64,000 nt of DNA from Candidatus Poribacteria bacterium (GTDB lineage: Bacteria; Poribacteria; WGA-4E; PCPOR2b). The position numbers and the translations under genes are program-made. The DNA is taken from contig OZ244042.1 of assembly GCA_965215015.1 (NCBI GenBank), positions 3,616,001 through 3,680,000 on the forward strand, given 5' to 3'. How positions within the stretch are numbered: position 1 is the first letter of the stretch; each line of letters starts with the position of its first letter. The notes under the pieces are model-generated. The model worked only from the letters and a program-made list of their open reading frames with translations. It was not told where the DNA came from and searched no databases. This document shows, one piece after another, positions 1 through 8,855 of this stretch.

Positions 1-950
1 ACCAAAGGCTCGGCAAGCAGGCTGTGCTTGTGAACAAAGTTGCCACATAGGTCACTGCCCAAGGTGCAATTTGGGGCTGCGGCAGAAGCGTGGAGACGGA
101 AGACATCAAAGATGCCCAGGTCAACATTGGAGGCTTGCCACACAGGAATGCCGGCGGCCTCCGCAATCCGTGCCATATCCAAAAATCCCCAATCCGAAGG
201 TGCGACGTTAATCCCGTCTATAGCTTCCAGATATACCATTTCAATCACTTGCCGTGGATTCTGCAGATGGGGTGCAATGAGAATCGATGTCTCTTCCTTG
301 AGCCGCCGATAATCTTCTATATTATCTTTGGGGATTGGATCTTCAAAGACGATATCATATGCTTCGATTTCGCTTGCCAACGCTAACGCCCCCTCGACGG
401 TGTGAAATCGGTGACCGGGATCTAGGACAATCCGTAGTGAGGGCGCAGCTTCGTGCATAGCGTGCACCCGGTCTGCCACATTTCCGTCGTCTATGGTACA
501 TTTTATCTTGATACCGTGGAAGCCCAATTCGGACGCTTGTTTCGCAGCGGCGGCAGACGCCTCCGGTCCCATCCGTCCGATCCAGTAATCGACGAGCACG
601 CGATCTTGAAATTTGCCACCGAAAATACGATACAAAGGCAAACCAATTGCTTGACCGATCAGATCCAGCAGAGCAATATCGTATCCGCCGCCCCCTAAGC
701 GGCGTGGCTCAAAGTCGAGCGGATTCGTCCCGATTAAATCTGGAGGCTGCTCCTCACGGTCACCGAAATAGGGTCCGCTCATACCGAGCCCGGTGATCCC
801 TTCATCTGTGTGAATACGCAGCACATCCTGTCGTCTTTCTCCAAGTGGTGCGGGATAAGATTCGCTGAATTCCTCGTATTCGGGTGGTGGCAGGATTCCG
901 GGGAGAAACGGCACACAGACAACGGTGCGTTCCAGCTGCGTGATTTTCAT
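1..950 (-). CDS. Mandelate racemase/muconate lactonizing enzyme (enolase superfamily) protein, 3' end runs off the window
   Basis: Not in ORF track. Manual translation from ATG at 950 gives MKITQLERTVV...RIHTDEGITGLG...DIALLDLIGQAIGLPLYRIFGG...GFHGIKIK...VFEDP, a typical MR/MLE capping domain with KxK motif. Confidence 0.85.
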   Translation of the reverse strand, partial: MKITQLERTVVCVPFLPGILPPPEYEEFSESYPAPLGERRQDVLRIHTDEGITGLGMSGPYFGDREEQPPDLIGTNPLDFEPRRLGGGGYDIALLDLIGQAIGLPLYRIFGGKFQDRVLVDYWIGRMGPEASAAAAKQASELGFHGIKIKCTIDDGNVADRVHAMHEAAPSLRIVLDPGHRFHTVEGALALASEIEAYDIVFEDPIPKDNIEDYRRLKEETSILIAPHLQNPRQVIEMVYLEAIDGINVAPSDWGFLDMARIAEAAGIPVWQASNVDLGIFDVFRLHASAAAPNCTLGSDLCGNFVHKHSLLAEPL

Positions 951-1064
951 TTGCTTCTTTCCTTAGTTGATGGAAAAAAGTGAAAGTGACAAAATGTGAA
1001 GGGGCAAAAGTGAGCAGAGATTACTTCCTCCCCTCTCTTACCTGCTCCTCTACTACTTTTCCTC

Positions 1065-1967
1065 TTAGGCGTCCCAACGACTTGGATTGATTCCGGGTGC
1101 GTCGGTCGTCATTCCCTTCGGCTTATGTTCCAGTCCCCAAGTGCCTCCGGTGGTATTGAGGCTCTGCAAGAATGGCTTGGCTTGTTCCGGTGCAGCAGCG
1201 ACCAGTTCAGGATCCCATTCCTTCATCGGTTGAATCGGTCCTGCCCAAGCCGGTCGATAACCGAACTGAATCAACTCTCTGGGTGAGCTGTCCGTATTCG
1301 GGTGTGTGGCGTGGAAAAGGGTGCTTGGGATGACCACTGCCGATCCGGCTTTCATACACAAGGTGAGTTCTTCCGGATGGGACTTGTAGCGCACGTAAGG
1401 ACTTGCCTGTGCGTGAAAGGAGAGATGACTCCGTGGGATAAGTCGAAACGGTGCGCGTTTTGGGATAAGATCGTCAAGGTAGTAGAGAACTCGCAGCAAG
1501 CGTGGGGAGCTGCCTTCATAGTCGAAAATCGAGGAGCCGTGGGGCTGACCATCGGTATGCACCGAGATTCCGGGCGAGCCGGGATTTGTGCGCTGAAAGA
1601 AGCCGCGCGTGAATACGATGTCAGGCCCCATCAGTGCCGTGAGAAATTCGATCATCGGCGGATGCCCGATTAGCTCCGCTGTCGTGCGACTGAACCATTG
1701 CGGCTGTATGGACGCTGTGGTTTGGTACTCACTATAGGGTTTTGGGACCATGGGAGCGTCGGCGAGGTCCGCTTTGAGCTTCGCGATAAGTTCTGGGTCT
1801 AACATATCGGGCAGCACAACATAGCCCTCCACCTCAAAATGGCGGATTCGTTGTGCCATAGTGAATGAACTGAAGTCTGTCTCGTCAATGTTCATGAAGT
1901 CAATGACTTCGTTGGAATCAATTTTGGGAATAGTGGTTTCTTGTTCAGGGATAGTGGCTGCTTGCAT
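1065..1967 (-). CDS. Phytanoyl-CoA dioxygenase (PhyH) family protein
   Basis: F-x-x-EGYVVL start, HTD (HxD) motif, LIPRSH, FHAT...R; GGAGG RBS. Confidence 0.85.
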   Translation of the reverse strand: MQAATIPEQETTIPKIDSNEVIDFMNIDETDFSSFTMAQRIRHFEVEGYVVLPDMLDPELIAKLKADLADAPMVPKPYSEYQTTASIQPQWFSRTTAELIGHPPMIEFLTALMGPDIVFTRGFFQRTNPGSPGISVHTDGQPHGSSIFDYEGSSPRLLRVLYYLDDLIPKRAPFRLIPRSHLSFHAQASPYVRYKSHPEELTLCMKAGSAVVIPSTLFHATHPNTDSSPRELIQFGYRPAWAGPIQPMKEWDPELVAAAPEQAKPFLQSLNTTGGTWGLEHKPKGMTTDAPGINPSRWDA

Positions 1968-2250
1968 GGATTCCTCCTGTCTTTTGATCTCAAGAGCTTA
2001 TTGGTTCATTATTTAACGGAAAGGCGAGAAAAGGCGAGAAGCAAAGGGAAAAACGGGATGAAATTAACCGCCGATTACGAATCCCGATTTATCGGGGGAA
2101 AAAACATAAAAATTCTGTGCCCTCTGTACCCCTGCGGTAAAAAGCATCTTGTTTTCCCATTAATTGTGTTATGGTGTCATGGCGTTTTATCGGAACCTTG
2201 TAAATCGGAACGTTCTGGGAACGTCTGATAAATGTTCGGTTGAAAGTCGG

Positions 2251-3084
2251 TTATGACCAAACAAAAATCTCCTCATCGTCCGGGGACATAGCAAAGAAAA
2301 TTGCCAATACAGCCCGCGGTCGATCGCCTACAACAAAAGGCACTTCGTGAATGTTTTCGGAATAGAAAAAGTAGAGATCGCCCGGCTCTAGCTGGACCTG
2401 CGTACGGGCGATAGCGTGTTCGGCGACGTATTCCCGGAAAGTGCCGTTATCGCGAGCCTCCTGCACGGCGTCCGACCAGGTACAGTTGTAGAGAAAGGGT
2501 TCGCCGCTCTCACCCGCATCGTTAGAGTTTTGGAAGCAGAGCACGCCGGCGAATTGATGTTGGAATCGAGAAACCGCGTAAGTGAATAACTTCGATCGCT
2601 TGGCTACGGAATCATAATGGGGCCCGTGTCCCAACCCGTCGTGATAGATACGGAAGATGGCGGGCCCATAGAGGCTACCATCCGATTCTCGCGCTGTCAT
2701 TACTTTCTTATCCGGTGCGAGCTGAGATAGGGTTTCGTACATGGTTTTCACCGGGTCGTCGTACCCGTTGAACAAGGTTTTGAAGAGTTCATGTGTCCCG
2801 GCGGAGTGGGCAAAGAACTGCTCGCGATCCGCGTTATAGCGTCCCAAGCTGGTGCCGATGTCGACACGGTGGGGTTTTCCTTCTCCGACTTTGTGCGGGT
2901 CGTACATCAACCCGCGCTCATAGAATCGCTCTATAAGTCCCGCACAGTGGTTGGGATTGTAAGCTTGTCGCAGGAGGACAGCTGGCATCTCACCGGCTGC
3001 AAGTGCCATGAGCGGTTGCGGATATCTTTTCAGTATATCTGTTAAGTTGCCCTCGATGGGCGTCCATAGCTGGGTTTCTGTCAT
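2251..3084 (-). CDS. 2OG-Fe(II) oxygenase superfamily protein
   Basis: HYD motif, LEPGDLYFF...IHEV...R (HxD...H...R). Start placed at MTETQ after GGAGG. Confidence 0.7.
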   Translation of the reverse strand: MTETQLWTPIEGNLTDILKRYPQPLMALAAGEMPAVLLRQAYNPNHCAGLIERFYERGLMYDPHKVGEGKPHRVDIGTSLGRYNADREQFFAHSAGTHELFKTLFNGYDDPVKTMYETLSQLAPDKKVMTARESDGSLYGPAIFRIYHDGLGHGPHYDSVAKRSKLFTYAVSRFQHQFAGVLCFQNSNDAGESGEPFLYNCTWSDAVQEARDNGTFREYVAEHAIARTQVQLEPGDLYFFYSENIHEVPFVVGDRPRAVLAIFFAMSPDDEEIFVWS

Positions 3085-3256
3085 GATTGGGTTATCCCTC
3101 CAACGGATGGTAAATAAAGTAGCCACTAAGAAACGTCAATTTTGCTTCAACCCCTCCTTTGGGAGTTGATAATTAACGCAACATTCAAATGTACAAGGTG
3201 CACCAATATTTCTTTTAATAGGAGTGGGTTCTTATCCACCATTTCATAGCACAAGG

Positions 3257-5077
3257 TCAAAATACCCCATCAATGCTCAAAAGTGCAACTGTGCCGACGA
3301 CCTGTAGAAAGCCTGTCGCATATAGGATGTTTGTTTCGTCGATATAGGTGTACTCGTTAAAGCCGTAAGAGTGAGCTACCATAAACTGGAGTTGAAATGC
3401 CCTGCTGAGGTCATAGCGCATCCCCCCGCCCCAGCTAGAAATCCGCACTCTGAAATCTAAAATTCGATTGTTGTTTGGATCGAGTGCCTCGTTGATGAAA
3501 TCGTCTCGGACCACATTGAGATAAGCAAACACTCCAGCCTCCCGATAGCGGTAGGGGTTATGATTCTGAATCAGCGTAAAATCGATTTGAATCTGGTTTT
3601 CCCATGACGTTTCGGTGGTTTCATCGTCTTGATTGAACGCGCCCCGGAAGTCCTCGAAATCGGGTGTTCGGAAAAAGCTGGTATCGGTCAATCTCAGATA
3701 GGTAAGATTGTTAGAAATTGCGAATCGCAGGTTTTCATTTGCGTCGTAGGTCAAAGAAACTTCCGCCCCGATCTGATTCCATTGAATCCGTTCATCAAAG
3801 TCGGCTTGCGTTCCAAGATTGGAATCCAGGTCATCCTGATTGTCTATCTCAATATCTTCAGCGTCGTAAATGTATCGTAACTTCGCCTCGGTTTGAAACG
3901 CAGAGGATATCAGTGGAGATGTGGGGCCAAACACCTTAAACTTCAAGGTTTCGCTGTCAACGAAGTAGAGATTGCCCGTATAATCGATGGCTTTGAGATT
4001 CAGGTGCGCTTGCCCTTCGTTTTCGCGTTGGAAGCGAATCAAGATCTTCTCGGCATATTCCCCATCGGCGTAAAATTGCTGAACTCGTCGTAAACGGGTA
4101 CGAAAGATGCGGTAGGGAACGTGCCCGAACTGAAATGGATGGTATCGTTGTCTGGGTAAATCGGAGGCGTAATCCTTTTTATACTTAGCTTGATCTGCGA
4201 CAAGAACCGTGCCGTCCTCTAGCGCAATGAGGTGAAAAGGCGATATAAACTGCCCGGCACGATCGCCGTACTCGCCAAATGAAAGTAAAAATTGTCCGTC
4301 GCGGTCATATTTCAGGACACGATGTGCCTCTTTATCTACGATGTAAAGGTTTCCCTCACGATCGACAGTCATATCTGCAGCTTTGCTCAGTTGCCCTGCA
4401 CTGGGTTGGGATGTGGTAAAGGTCCCCACAGGGTTGCCATCTGCGTCTAGTTTATAAACATGGCCGTCATCGAAGATGTAGATGTGCCCCTCGTCATCGA
4501 CCGTCAACAGGAGCGACCTCTGCGTATCCCCCTGTGGGATGATGAGTGCGTAGTTTCCTTCAGCGTCAAGCGCAGGCGCAGCGGCTTCAAGGGTCCCGAT
4601 CCGTTTACTTAGATCTTGCAGCGGATGGCTTGCAACGAAGTTTCCTTCCGAATCGAATCGGTGGACACAAGGAGCGTAGTTAAAGATGCGTGGGGATTCC
4701 GTGCTGTCTGTCCCGATAGGACCGGGATTCACAGCAATTTCTACGGTAATCCAATCCACGACGTAAATTATTCCGTCTATCCCGACAGCGATATCCATCG
4801 GGTTACTAAAGAGAAACTTATCGGGGTCGGTTCCCCGAATCTCAAACAGGAAGCGTCCATCGGGATCAAGTTTTTGGATACGAAGGTTGTCGGTATCTGC
4901 GATATAAATCCCGCCATCCCGATCGAACGCGAAGGACGTTTTCTCTGCGAATTTGCCCTCGCCCTCACCCTTCCCTCCAAATTCTCGGATAAATTCAGCT
5001 TCCTTGTGTGCATCGGCGAAGGGATGTATGAGGAGACTGAAAATCAGTCCCCAAAATACCTTGCGAAATATTACCAA
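3257..5077 (-). CDS. Secreted NHL-repeat beta-propeller protein with probable C-terminal beta-barrel-like domain
   Basis: Signal peptide, NHL repeats (FDRDGGIYIADTDNLRIQKLD; VDREGNLYIVDKEAHRVLKYD), amphipathic strands ending in IDGVF. Confidence 0.75.
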   Translation of the reverse strand: MVIFRKVFWGLIFSLLIHPFADAHKEAEFIREFGGKGEGEGKFAEKTSFAFDRDGGIYIADTDNLRIQKLDPDGRFLFEIRGTDPDKFLFSNPMDIAVGIDGIIYVVDWITVEIAVNPGPIGTDSTESPRIFNYAPCVHRFDSEGNFVASHPLQDLSKRIGTLEAAAPALDAEGNYALIIPQGDTQRSLLLTVDDEGHIYIFDDGHVYKLDADGNPVGTFTTSQPSAGQLSKAADMTVDREGNLYIVDKEAHRVLKYDRDGQFLLSFGEYGDRAGQFISPFHLIALEDGTVLVADQAKYKKDYASDLPRQRYHPFQFGHVPYRIFRTRLRRVQQFYADGEYAEKILIRFQRENEGQAHLNLKAIDYTGNLYFVDSETLKFKVFGPTSPLISSAFQTEAKLRYIYDAEDIEIDNQDDLDSNLGTQADFDERIQWNQIGAEVSLTYDANENLRFAISNNLTYLRLTDTSFFRTPDFEDFRGAFNQDDETTETSWENQIQIDFTLIQNHNPYRYREAGVFAYLNVVRDDFINEALDPNNNRILDFRVRISSWGGGMRYDLSRAFQLQFMVAHSYGFNEYTYIDETNILYATGFLQVVGTVALLSIDGVF

Positions 5078-5527
5078 CTACTCACCCCCACTCGTTCGTA
5101 GATTTGCTAGGCCAACCGTTTCGGTTCCCATGTCTTTGATTTTATCCAAAATCGCATTGATAAACTGCGGAGAATCTTCGGTACTATATTTCTTTGCCAG
5201 TTCAATGGCTTCATTGATTGAAACAGCGGGTGGAATATCGATGAGATAGAGCAATTCATAAGCCGTGCTCCGCAGGAGGCATCGGTCAACAACCGGCATA
5301 CGGTCGATTCTCCAATGGGTCGCTGCCGATCGAATTGCCGGATCAATCGTGGCGAGATGTTCCATTGTGCCCTCCGCTAGTAAGTTTGCGAAGTTTTTAA
5401 CGGTCCCCGGTGCGTCGTTTGCCTGCCAGAAACGTTCTTGGACGCAACGAATTGGATCTTTCGTAATTTCCGTCTGATATAGCATCTGAAGGGCAAGAAT
5501 CCGGGATTGTGTACGTCTGTTTCTCAC
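5078..5527 (-). CDS. nusB: Transcription antitermination factor NusB
   Basis: RRTQSRILALQMLYQ, WRIDRMPVVDR, VSINEAIELAKKY, FINAILD. Confidence 0.95.
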   Translation of the reverse strand: MRNRRTQSRILALQMLYQTEITKDPIRCVQERFWQANDAPGTVKNFANLLAEGTMEHLATIDPAIRSAATHWRIDRMPVVDRCLLRSTAYELLYLIDIPPAVSINEAIELAKKYSTEDSPQFINAILDKIKDMGTETVGLANLRTSGGE

Positions 5528-5612
5528 AGTTATCCACCTGTGGGTGAATCAGTATGAATGCGGTCCGATAGGATTGGGATTCAAAGCAACTCGCTTTTAC
5601 CCACGAAACCTA

Positions 5613-5641
5613 ATTGTAGCAGAGACATCGGGCATTGTCAA
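5613..5641 (-). promoter_or_regulatory. Sigma70-type promoter for nusB-NHL operon
   Basis: Minus strand TTGACA-17 nt-TACAAT, ~85 nt upstream of nusB. Confidence 0.75.
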
Positions 5642-5666
5642 TAGTATATCACCATCAAAAACTGCT

Positions 5667-5901
5667 CCTACCCCCCCAAGCCCCCCGCAAGCGGGAGGAG
5701 GGATGGCAAGAAGGGGGAGAGGCAAGTTCCTATCCGATATAAATTCCTTAAATTTAACATGGTCTTTGTAAACCCTGTATCCAACATAAGAGAGGGAAAG
5801 CACGGCAAAAATGCAAATCACAATAACATAAGGGGGCAAACGACGATTAAACATGACAATAACCTCCTACCCCCCAAGCCCCCCGCAAGCGGGGGGAGAG
5901 G
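5667..5901. repeat. Two REP-like palindromes of the CCCCCGCAAGCGGGGG family (~5667-5703, ~5867-5901)
   Basis: ctacccccc(c)aagccccccgcaagcggg. Further copies at ~7561-7598, ~32266-32345 (two) and ~47431-47466. Confidence 0.85.
5730..5854 (-). pseudogene. N-terminal fragment of a membrane-anchored protein, interrupted by a REP-like repeat
   Basis: AGGAGG RBS, then MFNRRLPPYVIVICIFAVLSLSYVGYRVYKDHVKFKEFISD; the frame then runs into the GCAAGC palindrome and the nusB promoter. Confidence 0.55.
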
Positions 5902-5917
5902 CAAGGCCCTATGGCTG

Positions 5918-5946
5918 CTGTTGCACTCATTCTTTACATGAGCGAA
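5918..5946. repeat. 29-bp direct repeat, copy 1 (partner at 7641-7669)
   Basis: ctgttgcactcattctttacatgagcgaa vs ctgtggcacgatttcttaacatgagcgaa, 24/29 identical. Confidence 0.75.
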
Positions 5947-6032
5947 ACTCAAAAGCGAAACTCAAAATGGGTGTCATAGAATCAGGACAAGTTTTACCCT
6001 GTCCTGATTCAAAAACCACCTTGTGACGTGGG

Positions 6033-6296
6033 TTAACCCCCACAGTTCAGATTATAACACATCGAGTTCGTCGAAATCGGTTCGACACGTGTCCTATAGT
6101 CAATACCTGTCCCAACCCAGTCCCAGCTGAAGAATAAATGATTCCACTCTTCCGCTTCAACCTGTACCTTCCTCGTGATTACCCGCTCGTATTTGGTGTA
6201 GGTTCTTAGCTTTCCACAGTATGGGCAGGGCTTGTGCACCAGCCAAACAACCCCAGCAGTCCAAACAGAATTATCAGTTACTGGCTCAGTTGCCAC
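6033..6296 (-). CDS. Small Cys-containing hypothetical protein, possibly 5'-truncated
   Basis: 87-aa ORF with CPYC and CxxxxC; GTG start lacks a clear RBS and lies just after a terminator. Confidence 0.4.
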   Translation of the reverse strand: MATEPVTDNSVWTAGVVWLVHKPCPYCGKLRTYTKYERVITRKVQVEAEEWNHLFFSWDWVGTGIDYRTRVEPISTNSMCYNLNCGG

Positions 6297-6362
6297 CGCC
6301 CCGCCAAACGATAGGCGAGCGTATCACAAAAATGTTGGCGAAGTTAAAGGTAAACGAGGTAT

Positions 6363-6399
6363 AAAAAAAGGGGTATCCAAGAACCTCCAAGGATACCCC
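6363..6399 (-). terminator. Rho-independent terminator after 6426-7463
   Basis: Minus strand GGGGTATCC-loop-GGATACCCC followed by T7. Confidence 0.8.
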
Positions 6400-6425
6400 C
6401 AGTTTCGGTTTATCATGATTGCCCG

Positions 6426-7463
6426 TTACGGCGAATCATCATGAGATTGTCCATCGGGATGCGTATGACCCTTTGGTGCATCACGGGAAGGTTCCCTATT
6501 CTCCCCCTGCTCGCGGGAGGATACAGAAGGGTCCTCACGCTCAAATCGCCGAGCCGCTTCAGGATCTATCTCCCGCAGACGACGGAGTCCCTCCTCCAAG
6601 CCGTACTCGTCTATCAACTGCCGTCCCTTATCAAAACGTTCCAGCGATAACTCTTCACTCAGTTCCGCTTTTACGTTTTTCGCAGTTTGAGTTGTTATTG
6701 GTGGGTTGGTTGGCGTTGAGTGTCCATGCCCATCTTCAAAAGGTGCCTGGGTTGTCTCATCCGGGCAGCACGGGTCTATCGTTACAGCCGAATGCTCGGA
6801 ACCTCCCTGCTCAGACGTCTCCCATTCTGTCCAATGCTCAGGCGTGAAAAACTCATCTCCGTTTTCCATGGCGCGCTGGGTGGCCATGTAAATCGTTGCA
6901 GCACCGTCAATGTCACCCCCTTCTACTAAAACATCCACCATCTCTTCACCGACAGAAACAGGCAGCCTGTTGTCATTGGTCATGTTTGATAGCACCAATT
7001 GACCGATTTTGTTCGACAGGAACGGATCTCCTCCCTCGACATTGAGAATTCCAAGTTCTTGCTGCAATTTTAGCATCTCCTCTTGAAGCGCGAGCAGCTC
7101 TAATATCTTCGTGGGATCTCGAGTCGATTGGGGTTTGATGAACTGCGCCTCAATCTCCCGAAGTCTATTGATTTTCTCAAGATTCGGATTCTTTTGAGGA
7201 GGCGATCCCTCCTGCCCTTGTTCAGGTTGGGGTGAGGATACAGACTCTTTCGCAGTTTGTTGATCTGTGCGAATCTCTGAGCGTTCCGGCACGTTATATA
7301 CCTTTTCATTTTCAACCGGGACGGAGTTGCCTGATTTACCTGAAAACATTGGAAACACCCAAAGTCCGACTATCAGTGAAAGCGGTGTCCCAATTCCTAT
7401 GAATAGGAGGTATCGTTTAATTATACCCCCGAAGTATTGGTCTAAAAGCGGATACATAGTCAT
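6426..7463 (-). CDS. Hypothetical membrane-anchored protein
   Basis: AGGAGG RBS, N-terminal TM helix, low-complexity linker, helical C-terminal motif RQLIDEYGLEEGLRRLREIDPEAARRFE. Confidence 0.8.
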   Translation of the reverse strand: MTMYPLLDQYFGGIIKRYLLFIGIGTPLSLIVGLWVFPMFSGKSGNSVPVENEKVYNVPERSEIRTDQQTAKESVSSPQPEQGQEGSPPQKNPNLEKINRLREIEAQFIKPQSTRDPTKILELLALQEEMLKLQQELGILNVEGGDPFLSNKIGQLVLSNMTNDNRLPVSVGEEMVDVLVEGGDIDGAATIYMATQRAMENGDEFFTPEHWTEWETSEQGGSEHSAVTIDPCCPDETTQAPFEDGHGHSTPTNPPITTQTAKNVKAELSEELSLERFDKGRQLIDEYGLEEGLRRLREIDPEAARRFEREDPSVSSREQGENREPSRDAPKGHTHPDGQSHDDSP

Positions 7464-7640
7464 AACCTCCTAAAACAGGTTAATTTGCGTAGCATCCAGA
7501 CTGTATGCAGGGATGATACCCACCTCGGTGGGTTGTCCGTCAGTTCCTGGCTCATTGAGCCTACCCCCCTCAATCCCCCCGCAAGCAGGGGGAAGAGATA
7601 CCGTGTGGGTATTCGGGACTGAGGGGGGCGAACTCGGGTT

Positions 7641-7669
7641 CTGTGGCACGATTTCTTAACATGAGCGAA
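7641..7669. repeat. 29-bp direct repeat, copy 2
   Basis: ctgtggcacgatttcttaacatgagcgaa; contains TTCTTAAC, identical to the spacer of the palindrome at 7828-7859. Confidence 0.75.
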
Positions 7670-7827
7670 TATCTTTATCAATGCCATTCGATGCCGAAAA
7701 GGGGTGAGGGGGCACTGAATCAGCTGCTTTCGTTTTGACGCTTTTTATAATTTGGCAGAATATTCCCTATCTGAATCATACCACAAATCTATACTCTTAT
7801 CAATTTTTTTTTGAAAAAACGTACAAT

Positions 7828-7859
7828 TTACTCTTGACATTCTTAACTATCAAGACTAA
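7828..7859. promoter_or_regulatory. Candidate lox-like recombination/operator site (12-8-12)
   Basis: TTACTCTTGACA-ttcttaac-TATCAAGACTAA; arms 10/12 complementary; 13 nt upstream of the recombinase ATG; contains TTGACA. Confidence 0.5.
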
Positions 7860-7872
7860 GAGAGCGAAAAAG

Positions 7873-8784
7873 ATGAATCAAATTGTGGTATTGGAAAATC
7901 GAGCGGGTTTGTTGGAAGCGGACCTCCCGGAAGCAATCGCATGGGACAGCTTATCGGCCAACACCCAAAGAGCATATCAGCAGGTTTACGACAAACTAAA
8001 TGTGTGGCTGATGGGTAGACCGCTCAGTGATACTTTGCTTGCAGCGTACTTATGCGAGTTGGACCAGGCGGGCAAATCACCCGCAACAATCAGCTTAGTT
8101 GCTACCGCTGTCAAGTGGTATCTTAAGACGACAAAGCAAGAATTTTCTTTCAATCTCACAGACCTGAGGTTGAAAACTATCCGCCGGGATAGCAAGACAC
8201 CCGGGCGCGGTCAGGTGGAGGGTTTGACCTGGTCAGAAGTCAAGCGCATGTGTGCGCTTGCCGAGGCGGATAAAACCATTGTTGGGTTGAGGGATTCTGC
8301 GTTGATACGCCTCATGAGTGATTGCCTCTTACGAATCAGCGAAGCGGTCGCAATCAACGTCGAAGATGTCGATTCCGTGTTGCACATCAGGCAGTCGAAG
8401 ACCGATCAGGAACGGGAAGGGGTGACACTGTACATTGGGCCTTCCACGAAGGAGGCGATAAATCGGTATTGTATAGAAGGCAGTATCGTTGAAGGTGCCT
8501 TATTTCGGCGCGTACGGTATCAGAAGCATGTTTGCCCTGGGCGACTATCTGTTGATGGTGCGAGACACGCGATTAAACGTAGGGCAGAAGAAGCGGGATT
8601 CGAGGGGTTTATCTCTGGGCACTCCCTTCGTGTTGGCTCTGCTATATCGCTCGCCCAAGCGGGTGCGTCCGTTGTGGAGATGCAGGTTGCGGGGCGATGG
8701 AAATCACCTCAAATGCCAGCGCATTACGCTCGCGCGGAATTGGCAAATCGAGGCGCGATTGCACGGTTCAAATACGGGAAATGA
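7873..8784 (+). CDS. Cre-like tyrosine recombinase
   Basis: N-terminal SANTQRAY domain; catalytic set RD...LLRISE, QSKTDQ, GHSLRVG, GRW (Trp as in Cre), HYAR. Confidence 0.9.
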   Translation: MNQIVVLENRAGLLEADLPEAIAWDSLSANTQRAYQQVYDKLNVWLMGRPLSDTLLAAYLCELDQAGKSPATISLVATAVKWYLKTTKQEFSFNLTDLRLKTIRRDSKTPGRGQVEGLTWSEVKRMCALAEADKTIVGLRDSALIRLMSDCLLRISEAVAINVEDVDSVLHIRQSKTDQEREGVTLYIGPSTKEAINRYCIEGSIVEGALFRRVRYQKHVCPGRLSVDGARHAIKRRAEEAGFEGFISGHSLRVGSAISLAQAGASVVEMQVAGRWKSPQMPAHYARAELANRGAIARFKYGK

Positions 8785-8855
8785 CAGTTTCGGTATTGTA
8801 ATCACACTTTGTTGTGATATACTAACATAAGTTACTATCTATTTAGGAGCTATGT

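Noticed and set aside
971-1064. Purine-rich/pyrimidine-rich periodic tract as ncRNA
   Set aside because: Degenerate imperfect hairpin typical of short intergenic repeats; no further support.
7644-7660. Sigma54 promoter (TGGCACG)
   Set aside because: The -12 TTGC element is absent at the required spacing.
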